NCBI GenBank assembly: GCA_964578605.1
Contig: CAZODO010000019.1
Span: 1,908 to 65,907, forward strand
Source of the DNA: an uncultured Verrucomicrobiota bacterium
GTDB taxonomy: Bacteria > Verrucomicrobiota > Verrucomicrobiia > Limisphaerales > SIBE01
Direction: 5' to 3'
Length of the DNA stretch: 64,000 nt
Shown: one piece after another, positions 26,850 through 36,229 of the stretch
How the letters are laid out: every line of letters starts with the position of its first letter
Numbering within the stretch: position 1 is the stretch's first letter
Notes under the pieces: generated by a model
Database searches by the model: none
The model's input: only the letters and a program-made list of their open reading frames with translations
What the model was told of the DNA's origin: nothing
Translations under genes and position numbers: made by a program

Positions 26850-28226
26850 ATGAGCTCCACCCTTTTGAGTCCGACTTCCGAAACAAACGGAACCTCCGAT
26901 GTTGTGCAGCCGGCCGTTGCCACGCCCGCCCCACCCAGGCCCCTCACCATTCGCATCGTTGGCTTGGGCGGCGCGGGGAGCAACGCCGTCGCCCACATGG
27001 CCAAGACCGGCCTCCAGGAACTCCGCCCCGTCGCTCTGCACACCAACGCCCGCATCCTCGAAATGACGTCCGCCCCGGATAAGATCCTGCTCGGCGGCGA
27101 CCTGACCCATGGATTGGGCGCCGGCGGCGACCCCAGCCTCGGCCGGGCCGCGGCAGAACACGGAGGATCCGTCCTGAAAAGCCTTTGCCAGGAGGTCGAT
27201 TTGCTCTTCGTCGTCACGGGCCTCGGCGGCGGAACCGGCACCGGTGTCGCCCCGGTCCTGGCGCGGATGGGAAAGGAATCCGGCGCGCTGGTGATCGGCC
27301 TGGCGACGCTGCCCTTCGATGACGAAGGCGCGCGCCGGCGGCGCCAGGCTCAGCAAGGCCTGGACGAGTTGCGCGCCGCTGCCGACGCCGTGATCTGTCT
27401 GCCCAACCAAAAGCTCTTTCGCATCGTCGATGAAAATACCAGCGTTCTGGATGGCCTGAACAAGACCAACGAACTCCTCGCGCAAGGCATCCAGGGCATC
27501 TGGCAGATGCTCACCCGGCCCAGCTTGATCCATGTCGATTTCGCCGATCTCCGCGCTGTCTTGAGGGATCAGCATGTCGAAGCCTGCTTCGCCTGCGTGG
27601 AAGCCCAAGGCGAGGCGCGCTCCCGTGAAGTGATTGAACAACTGCTGGCTTCGCCCCTCCTGGACGACGGCCAGGCGCTGGCGGAGGCCGATGCCGTGCT
27701 CATTAGCCTTTTCGGCGGACCGGACTTGTCCTTGGCCGATGTCAGGAAAGTCATGGAGGAAATCAACCGGCGCACCGAGAATGCCCATGTCATCATGGGC
27801 GCCAGTGTCACCGAGGAAATGCGCGGCCGCCTCGGCCTCACGCTGGTCGCTTCCCGCAAGAACCCGGTGCCCGATCCGCGCGCGCTCCCGTCCCATCGAT
27901 CCTCCCCGCAAGACGGCGACGCCCAGCCACTGGCCTCCGAGGGTGGGGATCTGGGCAGCCGGCTTCTCGAAACCTCCGTTCCCATGTGCGGCGCCTCGCG
28001 CTTCGTGCCACCCCCGCCGTCCACAGGGCACGAGATGAATGTCGTTCTGGGTTTGAACGCGAGCGGCACCCGCCCCGGAGCCAACCCGCCGCGGCGGTTG
28101 CAGCAGGGGAACCTGCCGCTCGAAATTGTGTCGAAAGGCCGCTTCGAAAAGAGCCATCCCACCATTCACCGCGGCGAAGACCTGGATATCCCCACCTACG
28201 TCCGCCGCGGCATTCCGTTGAACTGA
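26850..28226 (+). CDS. ftsZ: Cell division GTPase FtsZ
   Basis: IVGLGGAGSNAV, the tubulin signature GLGGGTGTG, a long disordered linker, and a conserved C-terminal peptide DIPTYVRRGIPLN. Confidence 0.95.
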   Translation: MSSTLLSPTSETNGTSDVVQPAVATPAPPRPLTIRIVGLGGAGSNAVAHMAKTGLQELRPVALHTNARILEMTSAPDKILLGGDLTHGLGAGGDPSLGRAAAEHGGSVLKSLCQEVDLLFVVTGLGGGTGTGVAPVLARMGKESGALVIGLATLPFDDEGARRRRQAQQGLDELRAAADAVICLPNQKLFRIVDENTSVLDGLNKTNELLAQGIQGIWQMLTRPSLIHVDFADLRAVLRDQHVEACFACVEAQGEARSREVIEQLLASPLLDDGQALAEADAVLISLFGGPDLSLADVRKVMEEINRRTENAHVIMGASVTEEMRGRLGLTLVASRKNPVPDPRALPSHRSSPQDGDAQPLASEGGDLGSRLLETSVPMCGASRFVPPPPSTGHEMNVVLGLNASGTRPGANPPRRLQQGNLPLEIVSKGRFEKSHPTIHRGEDLDIPTYVRRGIPLN

Positions 28227-28326
28227 GCGACTGCCCACGGTGGGGCAGGGCGGACCGTGTTCCACCGGGGCAGGCTATCCTCTCAGACCTTTGAGCTGCC
28301 GGGGGGCCAAGACCTGAACCAGACGA

Positions 28327-28354
28327 GGCGCGACGTTTTCGGCGCGCCCGTTTT
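28327..28354 (+). terminator. Candidate intrinsic terminator downstream of ftsZ
   Basis: GGCGCGaCG-TTTT-CGgCGCGCC hairpin (28327-28348) followed by CGTTTTCC, about 100 nt after the ftsZ stop. Confidence 0.5.
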
Positions 28355-28388
28355 CCCGCACAAACCCTGGGAAACCGGGCTCATCCTT

Positions 28389-28500
28389 CCGGATATAACA
28401 CGTATTTAACACGTATTTAACACGTATTTAACAGGTATATAACACGTCGCTGGAACGTGTTAAATACCTGTTATATCCGAGTGATAACCCTGTGAAATAC
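28389..28500. repeat. AT-rich ~110-bp intergenic element, copy 2 (11-bp-phased units forming a long imperfect hairpin)
   Basis: Left arm CGGATATAACACGTATTTAACACG (28390-28413) and right arm CGTGTTAAATACCTGTTATATCCG (28456-28479) are reverse complements with one mismatch. Tandem units ACGTATTTAAC sit at 28400, 28411 and 28422, with AGGTATATAAC at 28433. The flank GAGTGATAACCCTGTGAAATAC is homologous to the copy-1 flank. Confidence 0.85.
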
Positions 28501-28656
28501 GGAAGCCCCCGGGCCTTTGCTCCCGTCGGCCAAGCGATCGCGCAACGCCCTCCGCCTTCCTCCGGCAAGTCCGGTCCGGCAAATGCCAATCCACCGAGCC
28601 AGCGGCACCCCCGCGAGCCATCGGCCGTCAGGCCGGCCCGGCCATCCGATCCTGCG

Positions 28657-29694
28657 CTAGGAAACCTTGGCGGCGCCGCCCGGCATTCGGGTGCGGACGT
28701 GTCCGTTAGCGCGGAACCATGCGATCGCATCCGAGAACGCCTGGCGCGGGGGCGTTTGGGGCAGGCTGAGTTCGCGAATCGCCTTGGCCGGCGTGAAGAA
28801 CATTTTGTATTTGGCCATTCGAACGCCAGCGAGGGGAGCCTTGGGCGGGCGGCCCGTGACGCAGGCCATGGCTTCGTTGACATACGCAGCGGCCAGGGCG
28901 ACCCCGTAGGGGATGCGCATCCGGGGAGCCGGGAGTCCGGTGAGTTCAGCCAGCACCTCGAGCGTTTCGCGCATGGTCCAGTTCCCATCCGAATGGCCGA
29001 GGATGTAGCGCTCGCCGAGACGCCCCTTCTCCGCGGCGAGGATGTGCCCTCGGACCACATCGCGGACATGGACCCAGTTGAGCCCCGTGTCGACGTATCC
29101 GGGCATGGCGCCGTTGATGAAATCGACGATCAACTTGCCCGTGGGCGTTGGTTTGGAGTCGCGCGGCCCGACGGGGGCGGAGGGATTGACAATGACGATG
29201 GGGAGCCCTCTTGAAGCGAGTTCCTTGGCCACACATTCCGCCTGCCACTTGGAACGCTTGTAGTGATTGGACATCTGCGCCTCGGAAACGGGCGCGGACT
29301 CGTCGGTGGGGGCGATCTGTCCATCGACCTGTTTGGGAAGGCCGATGCACCCCACGGTGCTGGTGTAAACGATCCGCGAGCACCCGGCCTCGGCCGCCGC
29401 TTCGAGGACGTGCCGGGTGCCTTGCACATTTGCGGCATACATCGGCTGATAATCGCGGAGCCAAAGGTGATAACTCGCCGCCACGTGAAAACACCAGTCG
29501 CAACCCTGCAGGCCCTGGGCGAGGTTGGCGGAGTCTTCCAGGCTGCCTTCGATCCGTTCGCAGCGCGCCCCGTTCAGGCCGGCGCAGGGACTTCCCGCCC
29601 GGACCAGGGCACGGACCTCGTGGCCTTGCGCCTCGAGTTCGTGAACAAGGTTTGCGCCGATGAAACCGGATGCGCCCGTCACAAAACATTTCAT
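28657..29694 (-). CDS. NAD-dependent epimerase/dehydratase (extended SDR; HpnA/dihydroflavonol-reductase-like)
   Basis: MKCFVTGASGFIGANLVHEL Rossmann motif and YKRSK catalytic Tyr/Lys (NHYKRSKWQAE). Confidence 0.85.
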   Translation of the reverse strand: MKCFVTGASGFIGANLVHELEAQGHEVRALVRAGSPCAGLNGARCERIEGSLEDSANLAQGLQGCDWCFHVAASYHLWLRDYQPMYAANVQGTRHVLEAAAEAGCSRIVYTSTVGCIGLPKQVDGQIAPTDESAPVSEAQMSNHYKRSKWQAECVAKELASRGLPIVIVNPSAPVGPRDSKPTPTGKLIVDFINGAMPGYVDTGLNWVHVRDVVRGHILAAEKGRLGERYILGHSDGNWTMRETLEVLAELTGLPAPRMRIPYGVALAAAYVNEAMACVTGRPPKAPLAGVRMAKYKMFFTPAKAIRELSLPQTPPRQAFSDAIAWFRANGHVRTRMPGGAAKVS

Positions 29695-29818
29695 GCTGCC
29701 TCGTACTTGGGCTGGAAGAGGAAGGGTGGCAATCCAAATCGGGGCGATGGGGGTTTCGCTTAGGAAACGGCCGGAAATCTGCTGAGACGCTCTTGACTTG
29801 AAAACCCGTTATGTAATC

Positions 29819-30250
29819 ATGCGATTCCAGCGTATGCCGAAGAAAAGCTCTTTTCGAAAAAAGCTAACCCGCCATGAGCAACGCGATCTGGATATCGAGA
29901 TCACCTTTATGGAAGGTGTGGTCCAACGAGACCCGGGTTACGTGGAGGCGCTGCAGATTTTGGGGGACGATTACACGCGCCGCGGCCGATTTGATGATGG
30001 TCTGAAAGTGGACGAGAGGCTCGCGCAATTGCGGCCGGACGATTCCCTGGTGCTCTACAATTTGGCCTGCAGCTACTCGCTGACGGACCAGGTCGACCAG
30101 GCTCTATCGGCACTGGAAAGCGCGCTGAAAATGGGTTACCGGGATTTCAAATGGCTCGCCGAAGATCCGGATCTGCGGAATGTCCGGCGCCATCCCCTGT
30201 TCCAGAAGATCCGGGCCAAGCTGCGCACCATGCAGACCCACGTTCGCTAG
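29819..30250 (+). CDS. TPR-repeat protein
   Basis: VEALQILGDDYTRRGRFDDGLKVDERLAQLRPDDSLVLYNLACSYSLTDQVDQALSALESALKMGY shows TPR-like helical repeats. The start is uncertain (ATG 29819 or 29834; the track uses TTG 29798). Confidence 0.6.
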   Translation: MRFQRMPKKSSFRKKLTRHEQRDLDIEITFMEGVVQRDPGYVEALQILGDDYTRRGRFDDGLKVDERLAQLRPDDSLVLYNLACSYSLTDQVDQALSALESALKMGYRDFKWLAEDPDLRNVRRHPLFQKIRAKLRTMQTHVR

Positions 30251-30291
30251 TCTTCCTTTTCCCTTCCGGCCAGCGCGCGCCGGTTCCAGGC

Positions 30292-31401
30292 ATGAATGTC
30301 CATATCGGCAGGCGTAAGCGTCACTTCAGGACCGTTCGGTTTGACCCCGCACAAAACGCCGTCTTGCTCATCGAGCAACGACTCCTTCCGCACGAGTTCA
30401 AAGTCGTCGCCGCCCCGACGTTCCGCGACACCGCGCGCGCCATCCGCGATATGGTGGTGCGCGGGGCCGGAGCCATCGGCGCCACGGCTGCGTATGGGCT
30501 TGCCCAGGGCGCGCGCGCGTTCCGGGGACGCGGGTTGGCGGCGTTCGAACGCCATGTCGATCGCGTCTTTGAAACGCTGAAATCGGCGCGGCCCACAGCC
30601 ATTGATCCCGTCAATGCCATGCGCACGGTGCGCTTGGCCATGCGCCGCGGGCAGACGGTCGAAGAACAACAGGGGCTCGCGGTCCAAGCGGCCCAGCAGT
30701 TCGCCGAGGACGACGTGGAGCATTGCCGGGCCATCGGCCAGCATGGGCTTCCGCTCATCGGGCACGGCATGAATGTCCTGACCCACTGCAATGCGGGCTG
30801 GCTTGCTTTCGTCGATATCGGCTCCGCGACCGCTCCGCTCTATGCGGCGCAGGCCGAAGGAAGATGCTTCCATGTGTGGTGTTCGGAAACGCGTCCGCGT
30901 TGCCAAGGGGCAACGCTCACAGCATGGGAGTTGGCGAACCAGGGGGTGTCCCACCAGGTGATTGCCGATAATGCCGCCGGGTTGCTGATGCAGCGCGGCC
31001 AGGTGGACCTGGTGATCGTGGGCAGCGACCGCGTGCTGGGGCGCACCGGAGACGTGGCCAACAAGATTGGCACCTACACGCGCGCGGTGCTGGCGGACCG
31101 GCATCGAATCCCGTTCTATGTCGCCATTCCGCTTTCGACGCTTGACTGGGCGCTCACGGATGGCGGCCAGATCCCGATCGAAGAACGCGATGCCGGCGAG
31201 GTCCTGGGCGCGTGGGGTGTCACGGCGGAAGGGAAGCGCACGCAAGTGCGGGTGGCCAACGCGTCCAGCGGCGCTTTCAATCCGGGCTTTGATGTCACCC
31301 CCGCCGAATTGGTCACCGGCATTATTACGCCCGCCGGCTTGTTCAAGCCCAAGGACCTCTGGCGACACCGGCGACAGCTGGGCTGGAGCGAAGCCGCGTG
31401 A
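30292..31401 (+). CDS. mtnA: S-methyl-5-thioribose-1-phosphate isomerase (eIF-2B alpha/beta/delta-like family)
   Basis: LLIEQRLLPHEFKVV..IRDMVVRGAGAIGATAAYGLA..VIVGSDRV..GDVANKIGTY.. match the family. The start is at ATG 30292. Confidence 0.85.
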   Translation: MNVHIGRRKRHFRTVRFDPAQNAVLLIEQRLLPHEFKVVAAPTFRDTARAIRDMVVRGAGAIGATAAYGLAQGARAFRGRGLAAFERHVDRVFETLKSARPTAIDPVNAMRTVRLAMRRGQTVEEQQGLAVQAAQQFAEDDVEHCRAIGQHGLPLIGHGMNVLTHCNAGWLAFVDIGSATAPLYAAQAEGRCFHVWCSETRPRCQGATLTAWELANQGVSHQVIADNAAGLLMQRGQVDLVIVGSDRVLGRTGDVANKIGTYTRAVLADRHRIPFYVAIPLSTLDWALTDGGQIPIEERDAGEVLGAWGVTAEGKRTQVRVANASSGAFNPGFDVTPAELVTGIITPAGLFKPKDLWRHRRQLGWSEAA

Positions 31402-31450
31402 TGGCTCAGGGCAAGCCCCGATCGTAACCGGCTGTGGACGCTCTGACGCG

Positions 31451-33421
31451 CTAGGCCCGGGCCGGAGCGGCCAGTTCATCCTCGCCACCCTCGCGCAGGG
31501 CGGTGCTTCGGGGTTGGTTCCGGAAGCTTCGCCAATAGCGGGCAGGGAGCATCGTGAGGGCGATCAGGAGCAATTGGCTGATGACAAACGCGACCAGCCA
31601 ATTGAAGGCCCTGTCCATAAATCCGTAGGCGTGCAGTCCCACGCCCAGCATGTTCACGCCAAACCAGGAGAAACTCGTGACCACGTTGCCGAAGATCGTC
31701 AGGGCCATCAATCCGCGCTCCCCGATCATTCCGCCCCAACGGGCGTGAAGGATAATCGCGCACCAAATAACGATGAGCAGAGCGCCGTTTTCCTTGGGAT
31801 CCCAACCCCAGAACCGGCCCCAGGATTGGTCGGCCCAGATCCCGCCGAGGATGGTGCCGACAAAGCTGAACAGCGTGGCAAAACAGATGATGCCGTAGAC
31901 CATTCGCGAGAGCGCCTTCGCTGTCACGGCGCTCAAGGTTCGAGTGAACGCCCCGCGCAGGACATAGAGAATCGCCAGGAAACCCGCGAAGAACATCGCG
32001 GAATACCCCGCCGTAATCACCACCACGTGGGTGGCCAGCCAGAAGTTGGTGTCCAGCACGGCGCGGAGCATTTCCATGGTATCGCCGCCGAGGGCAAGGT
32101 GATGCGCAATAATCTGCGTGGTGAACCCCACCGCGGACGAAGCGACAATGCCAATCCCGTCGCGGTAAATGCGCTCCAGGATGATCCCGAGCAGCACGGC
32201 ACCCCACCCGACAAAGATCGCGGATGAATACAGGTTGGTCACCGGGGGCCGGCCTTCCAGGAACATCCGGAAAACGAGACCGACCGTGTGGACCGCGAAG
32301 GCCAAAACCAGCGAGAACCACGCGGCACGCCTGACCCATTCGGAAAGGCGCAGCCAGTAAGCGCATCCCAAAAGGAGCGCCGCAACGTAGATCACCATCG
32401 CTTTGTAGAAGGGTTCAAGGTGATTAAAGAAATGCTCCCGCCGTCCCTTGTTCAGCTCCGGCATGAGCCCTTTGCCCTTGAGCCATTGCGTGTACTCGGC
32501 GACGGCGGCGTTGAATTCGGCCGGCTGGGATTTTGCGCAGGCCTCGCCGATCTTCGCAAGCGCGGCCACCGCCGGATGGATCTCAGCAGTGCGAAGCGAT
32601 TCGAGCAGGCTGCGTCCGACGTTCTTCCAATCATCCGGCGTGTGTTGGGGCGTCAAAGGCGGCACCAACGCCGGGTAGGCCAGGCTGTCCAATTCCTGGT
32701 AACGGCGAAAATATTCGACGATGCCCCCCAGTTCCGCTTCGTCACCGCTGTGCCCATGGGCGGTTTGCCTGAGCGCCGGCAAGCTGGATTTCAGAGCCGC
32801 TTCATACAACGCCAATTCACTGGCAAACGTGGCCGGCGATGGCGGAGCCGCGTTGGTGGCCGCGTGGTGCCGGACAAACTCGGCGGTGTCCGCTGGCTGC
32901 AGGCTGTTGCGCAGGCGGTGATAGAGATAAAGGCTGTTATACAGGTGAACCAGGTCTTTCTGGTAGGGCGTCCGTGTTTCAGGGGAGGCCGTCTTCTCCT
33001 GCTCGGCGCGGAAGATGGGGCGGACTTGCTCCTCGATCTTTCCCAGGTGAGGCGCGAGGGCATCGAAGGAAAGGTACTCCATGCCGCTCGAGTGCACGCC
33101 CACCAGGCTCTGCACGTCCGGATGCTGGACGCGAAAGCTGCTGAATCGGTCGGCCTCTTGGGGACGAACCATCAGTTCGAGCAACCACTGCGCGCTGGAG
33201 ACGCGCACCTTGGCGTCGTTCGTCACGGTCTGCTTGCCGCGCATGCTCAGGAGAGAATTCCGCGCGACCGAATCCAGCGGTTGCACCCGGCCGTTCAGCA
33301 AGACCGGCAGTTTCCCAAACGCGGCGATATCAAAGCCATTGACCTTTCGCTCCGGTGCGAGCGCGGACAGAATCCAGAGGCCAAACACGCCCACGAGAAT
33401 CCAGGGGAGCCATTTCTTCAT
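31451..33421 (-). CDS. ccsA: Cytochrome c biogenesis protein CcsA/ResC (System II heme lyase subunit) with long N-terminal periplasmic extension
   Basis: The C-terminal half is polytopic with the Trp-rich WWD-type motif WGRFWGWDPKENGAL. The N-terminal ~330 aa follow one TM helix. Confidence 0.85.
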   Translation of the reverse strand: MKKWLPWILVGVFGLWILSALAPERKVNGFDIAAFGKLPVLLNGRVQPLDSVARNSLLSMRGKQTVTNDAKVRVSSAQWLLELMVRPQEADRFSSFRVQHPDVQSLVGVHSSGMEYLSFDALAPHLGKIEEQVRPIFRAEQEKTASPETRTPYQKDLVHLYNSLYLYHRLRNSLQPADTAEFVRHHAATNAAPPSPATFASELALYEAALKSSLPALRQTAHGHSGDEAELGGIVEYFRRYQELDSLAYPALVPPLTPQHTPDDWKNVGRSLLESLRTAEIHPAVAALAKIGEACAKSQPAEFNAAVAEYTQWLKGKGLMPELNKGRREHFFNHLEPFYKAMVIYVAALLLGCAYWLRLSEWVRRAAWFSLVLAFAVHTVGLVFRMFLEGRPPVTNLYSSAIFVGWGAVLLGIILERIYRDGIGIVASSAVGFTTQIIAHHLALGGDTMEMLRAVLDTNFWLATHVVVITAGYSAMFFAGFLAILYVLRGAFTRTLSAVTAKALSRMVYGIICFATLFSFVGTILGGIWADQSWGRFWGWDPKENGALLIVIWCAIILHARWGGMIGERGLMALTIFGNVVTSFSWFGVNMLGVGLHAYGFMDRAFNWLVAFVISQLLLIALTMLPARYWRSFRNQPRSTALREGGEDELAAPARA

Positions 33422-34758
33422 GAGTTCCTCCTTGCAGCTTCAAGGGATTTCGCCACCGGCTGTGTTCCCGCTTCTGTCATGACCCCGGCCAACTCGCCTG
33501 GCGAGCGGCCGCCTTGGCGGTCCGAGACACCTTTCCGTGCCGTTGCCACGGTCGACTGGCGTTTGCCGAAGTGAATCAAGTGCATCAGGAATTGCACCAC
33601 CAGCCCCACGGAAATCAACGTGCACGAGAGGTAAGGTGTGAGCCACGCAGGATTGCGGACCACCTGGAGGATCGACACGGTGTCCCCGGGCTCAAACCCG
33701 CCCTGATAAAACGTTTCCCCGCCGTAACGCAGCGGGTTGTTCATGTAGATCAGAACCTCGCGGTTCTCCCCCGTCTGCGGGTTCTGCAACTGAACGCGAC
33801 TGGAGAAGTCCTTGGGGATCTCGGTGCCCTTATACCGTTTGTGGGTGAAATCCTTGAGGGTCAGGGAATAGGGCTTGTAATAGCGCACTGGACGCAACGC
33901 AAGCTGGTAGGTCTTGTTCTCGAACGTGAACTGCTGGGGCATCGACAGGATCGCGCCTGCCTGGCCGCCCAAAGCCTGTCGCAGGTTGCCCGGATACTTC
34001 GTGAGCCAGTTCGAAACCGTCCACGAACCCAGCGTCCCGCCCGGCGTGACAATCTCAACCAGCGCCGCCGGAACGTTCTCGTCATCCATCCGCGCCGTCG
34101 TCTCCTTCGGAGCGAAAAGGAGACGCTGTCCCACGCCGTGTGTCGCCTCAATCCGCGGCGTGTTGCCGGCGACCGATCGCAACGACGGAGCAGGCACCGA
34201 GTTCACGAAATACTCTTTGACCCGGACCGTGAAGGGCAAGCCCGGTGCGGCCAGGTCGCCCTTGTGCGCGAGCTTCGATTCCGGGATGGACACGATCCTG
34301 TCCTGCGCGGGGTCGGAAATGTCGATGATCGCCAGTTCGTTCTTGCGGGAGTTCTCGCTGTAGTTCTTGGTTTCGCCTTCCTCAAGCCGCATGGAGCTCT
34401 CCACTTGAAGAGTCTCGGTGAGAAACTGGCCCGCGAACAACAGGATTAAACCCGAGTGAATCAGGAGCAGCCCCACCCTCTTGCGGGTGAACCGAAAGCG
34501 TTGGAGGTGTGCGGCGATCAGATTGACCAGGAGCACCGCCCCGATCAGGTAACCGCCCGGCCAGACCGGAACTTTCAGGCCCGTCCCAGGAATCGTCCAG
34601 AGCACAAAAAGGCTTCGGAAGTACCTTTCCTGGGTGACGTACAGGCCCAGGTGCACTTGGGCCAGCGTCCCTGCAAAGACCAGCACCAGGGCGCAGGCCA
34701 GGCAGAATACCGTCAGCCGTAACGAAGCGAATACTTGGCGCAGTCGGTTAAAGGGCAT
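33418..34758 (-). CDS. resB: Cytochrome c biogenesis protein ResB/Ccs1 (CcsB)
   Basis: The N-terminus FASLRLTVFCLACALVLVFAGTLAQV, a large periplasmic loop and C-terminal TM helices fit the ResB family. Its stop overlaps the ccsA start (ATGA-type). The start is ATG 34758, or 34797 as in the track. Confidence 0.8.
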   Translation of the reverse strand: MPFNRLRQVFASLRLTVFCLACALVLVFAGTLAQVHLGLYVTQERYFRSLFVLWTIPGTGLKVPVWPGGYLIGAVLLVNLIAAHLQRFRFTRKRVGLLLIHSGLILLFAGQFLTETLQVESSMRLEEGETKNYSENSRKNELAIIDISDPAQDRIVSIPESKLAHKGDLAAPGLPFTVRVKEYFVNSVPAPSLRSVAGNTPRIEATHGVGQRLLFAPKETTARMDDENVPAALVEIVTPGGTLGSWTVSNWLTKYPGNLRQALGGQAGAILSMPQQFTFENKTYQLALRPVRYYKPYSLTLKDFTHKRYKGTEIPKDFSSRVQLQNPQTGENREVLIYMNNPLRYGGETFYQGGFEPGDTVSILQVVRNPAWLTPYLSCTLISVGLVVQFLMHLIHFGKRQSTVATARKGVSDRQGGRSPGELAGVMTEAGTQPVAKSLEAARRNS

Positions 34759-35944
34759 GGGGATAGCGGGCTGATTCAACGAATTTGACAAACGCATCCT
34801 TTTGCTGTGCCACGAGTGCGTCGTCGCCGAGCATCTTGTAGAACCACGTTCCTCCAGGGCGTGACGCGATCGCCGCGAGCAGTCGGGCGGAATTCCCGGA
34901 TTCCAGGTCGCGCCCCGCCAGGTCTACGAAGGTCAGTTCGAGGCCGTTCGCTTTCCGAGTCGTGATCAAACTGGCAAGGTCCCCTTCCTCGACGGCCTCG
35001 AGCCCCACCTGGGAGCGCCAGCGATTGACGTTCCCCAGCAGCCCGCCTGGATCCGGACCCAGCCTGATCACCGAAACGTCTGCTTTGGCGCCGGTTTCCC
35101 CTTCGACAAGAAAGCTGCCAATGCGCATGGAACTGGGCGGTTGTTCCTTCCACGCGGGCGGCACGTCCCAAGCCGGTTTGCCCGCCGCGTTGCCGTTCCC
35201 AGGGTCCGCCGCCGGGTCCGCCGCCTGCAAAGGTCCGGTTTGTGACGCCGAGGCTTGCGGCACGGAAAGTGGCGGATGCCCTTCCGGCAGCGGCATCGAT
35301 TCTTCGGGCGCCGACACAGGGCGGGGCGGTCCCGACTCGAACCGAATCGATTTCAAGAACTCCTTAAATGCCGGTTTCTGTTCCGCGACCAAGGCGTCCG
35401 GTCCGGTCATCTTGAAGAACCAGGTTGCCCCCTCAAGCGGGAGGGTGGCAGCCAGGATGCGAACCGGTTGATTGGCCTTTGGCTCCGAACCGGCAATATC
35501 ATAGAGACGAACGGGCGTGGTTCCGATCGTGACGTCCTCGGAGATCGATTTGAGCTCGCTTTCAGCGACGGGCGCCAACCCAACCTGGTTCCGCCAGCGA
35601 TTGACATTATCCAGTTCGCTCCCGGCGATTCGGCCCAGGGGAACAATCGAAACATCGGCGCGCTGGTCTCCCTTGACCACCGCGAAACTCCCGGCGCGCA
35701 TCCCGCCAGTCGGCTGCTCTTCCCAGCCGGGCGGAGGGGTCCATCCGATCTGGGCAGGGGCGGCTGGCTGCGCCGTGGTGGGGGCGGTAACCGTGGCGAG
35801 GGCGTTGGTGTCCTTTGGGACGGTGAGGGTGCCGATCTCTTCCTGCCGGCAACCGGTTAGGGCGAGCAAAGTGGCGGCCATAGCGAGGCACGTCCGGCTG
35901 GGACCGAAGCGTCTCCTAGCTGAAACTTGGTGCATCGGAAACAA
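34748..35944 (-). CDS. Lipoprotein made of two tandem copies of an unassigned ~150-aa domain, first gene of the ccs operon
   Basis: Lipobox LLALTGC. Copy 1 reads W.PPPGWEEQP..MRAGSF..ADVSIVPLG..LDNVNRWRNQVGL..TWFFKMTGPDALVAEQKPAFKEFLKS. Copy 2 reads W.VPPAWKEQP..MRIGSF..ADVSVIRLG..LGNVNRWRSQVGL..TWFYKMLGDDALVAQQKDAFVKFVES. Its 3' end overlaps the resB start. Confidence 0.75.
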   Translation of the reverse strand: MFPMHQVSARRRFGPSRTCLAMAATLLALTGCRQEEIGTLTVPKDTNALATVTAPTTAQPAAPAQIGWTPPPGWEEQPTGGMRAGSFAVVKGDQRADVSIVPLGRIAGSELDNVNRWRNQVGLAPVAESELKSISEDVTIGTTPVRLYDIAGSEPKANQPVRILAATLPLEGATWFFKMTGPDALVAEQKPAFKEFLKSIRFESGPPRPVSAPEESMPLPEGHPPLSVPQASASQTGPLQAADPAADPGNGNAAGKPAWDVPPAWKEQPPSSMRIGSFLVEGETGAKADVSVIRLGPDPGGLLGNVNRWRSQVGLEAVEEGDLASLITTRKANGLELTFVDLAGRDLESGNSARLLAAIASRPGGTWFYKMLGDDALVAQQKDAFVKFVESARYPHAL

Positions 35945-36174
35945 TTACAGTTTAACCCGGGAATGCGCAAGTGGCTTCCCTGATACAGTTTACTGCAGAA
36001 ACGGGCTTGCAGAGGGCTAACCGTTGGGCAAGTGGGGGGTCGAGGGGGTTTTCAGTTGAACTGGGAGAGCCATATCAAATCCTGGGGCAAGCGAAAAGAC
36101 GAGAAAAGACGCTGCTAGCGCTTACGCCGACAGCACCTGATCATGGAGTTCAACAAAGAATAAATAAAGATTAA

Positions 36175-36229
36175 ACTATCGTTTCACTAAATCATCATAG
36201 TAAAATAATAGTGAAACCATAGTGGAATC
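36175..36229. repeat. AT-rich island with 11-bp-phased head-to-head repeats
   Basis: ACTAT at 36175 and ACTAA at 36186 are in reverse orientation. ATAGT at 36197, 36208 and 36219 are in forward orientation. All five are exactly 11 bp apart. A 9-bp inverted repeat GTTTCACTA (36181-89) / TAGTGAAAC (36209-17) is embedded. Confidence 0.7.

Noticed and set aside
26127-28265. 712-aa minus-strand ORF
   Set aside because: It is antisense to ftsA and ftsZ, both of which carry unambiguous motifs. It is a shadow ORF.
581-28500. The idea that the inverted AT-rich pair marks a 27.7-kb composite transposon or genomic island
   Set aside because: The enclosed segment is core housekeeping (queA, mogA and the complete dcw cluster). 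It has no transposase, integrase or tRNA target, and no target-site duplication could be seen.
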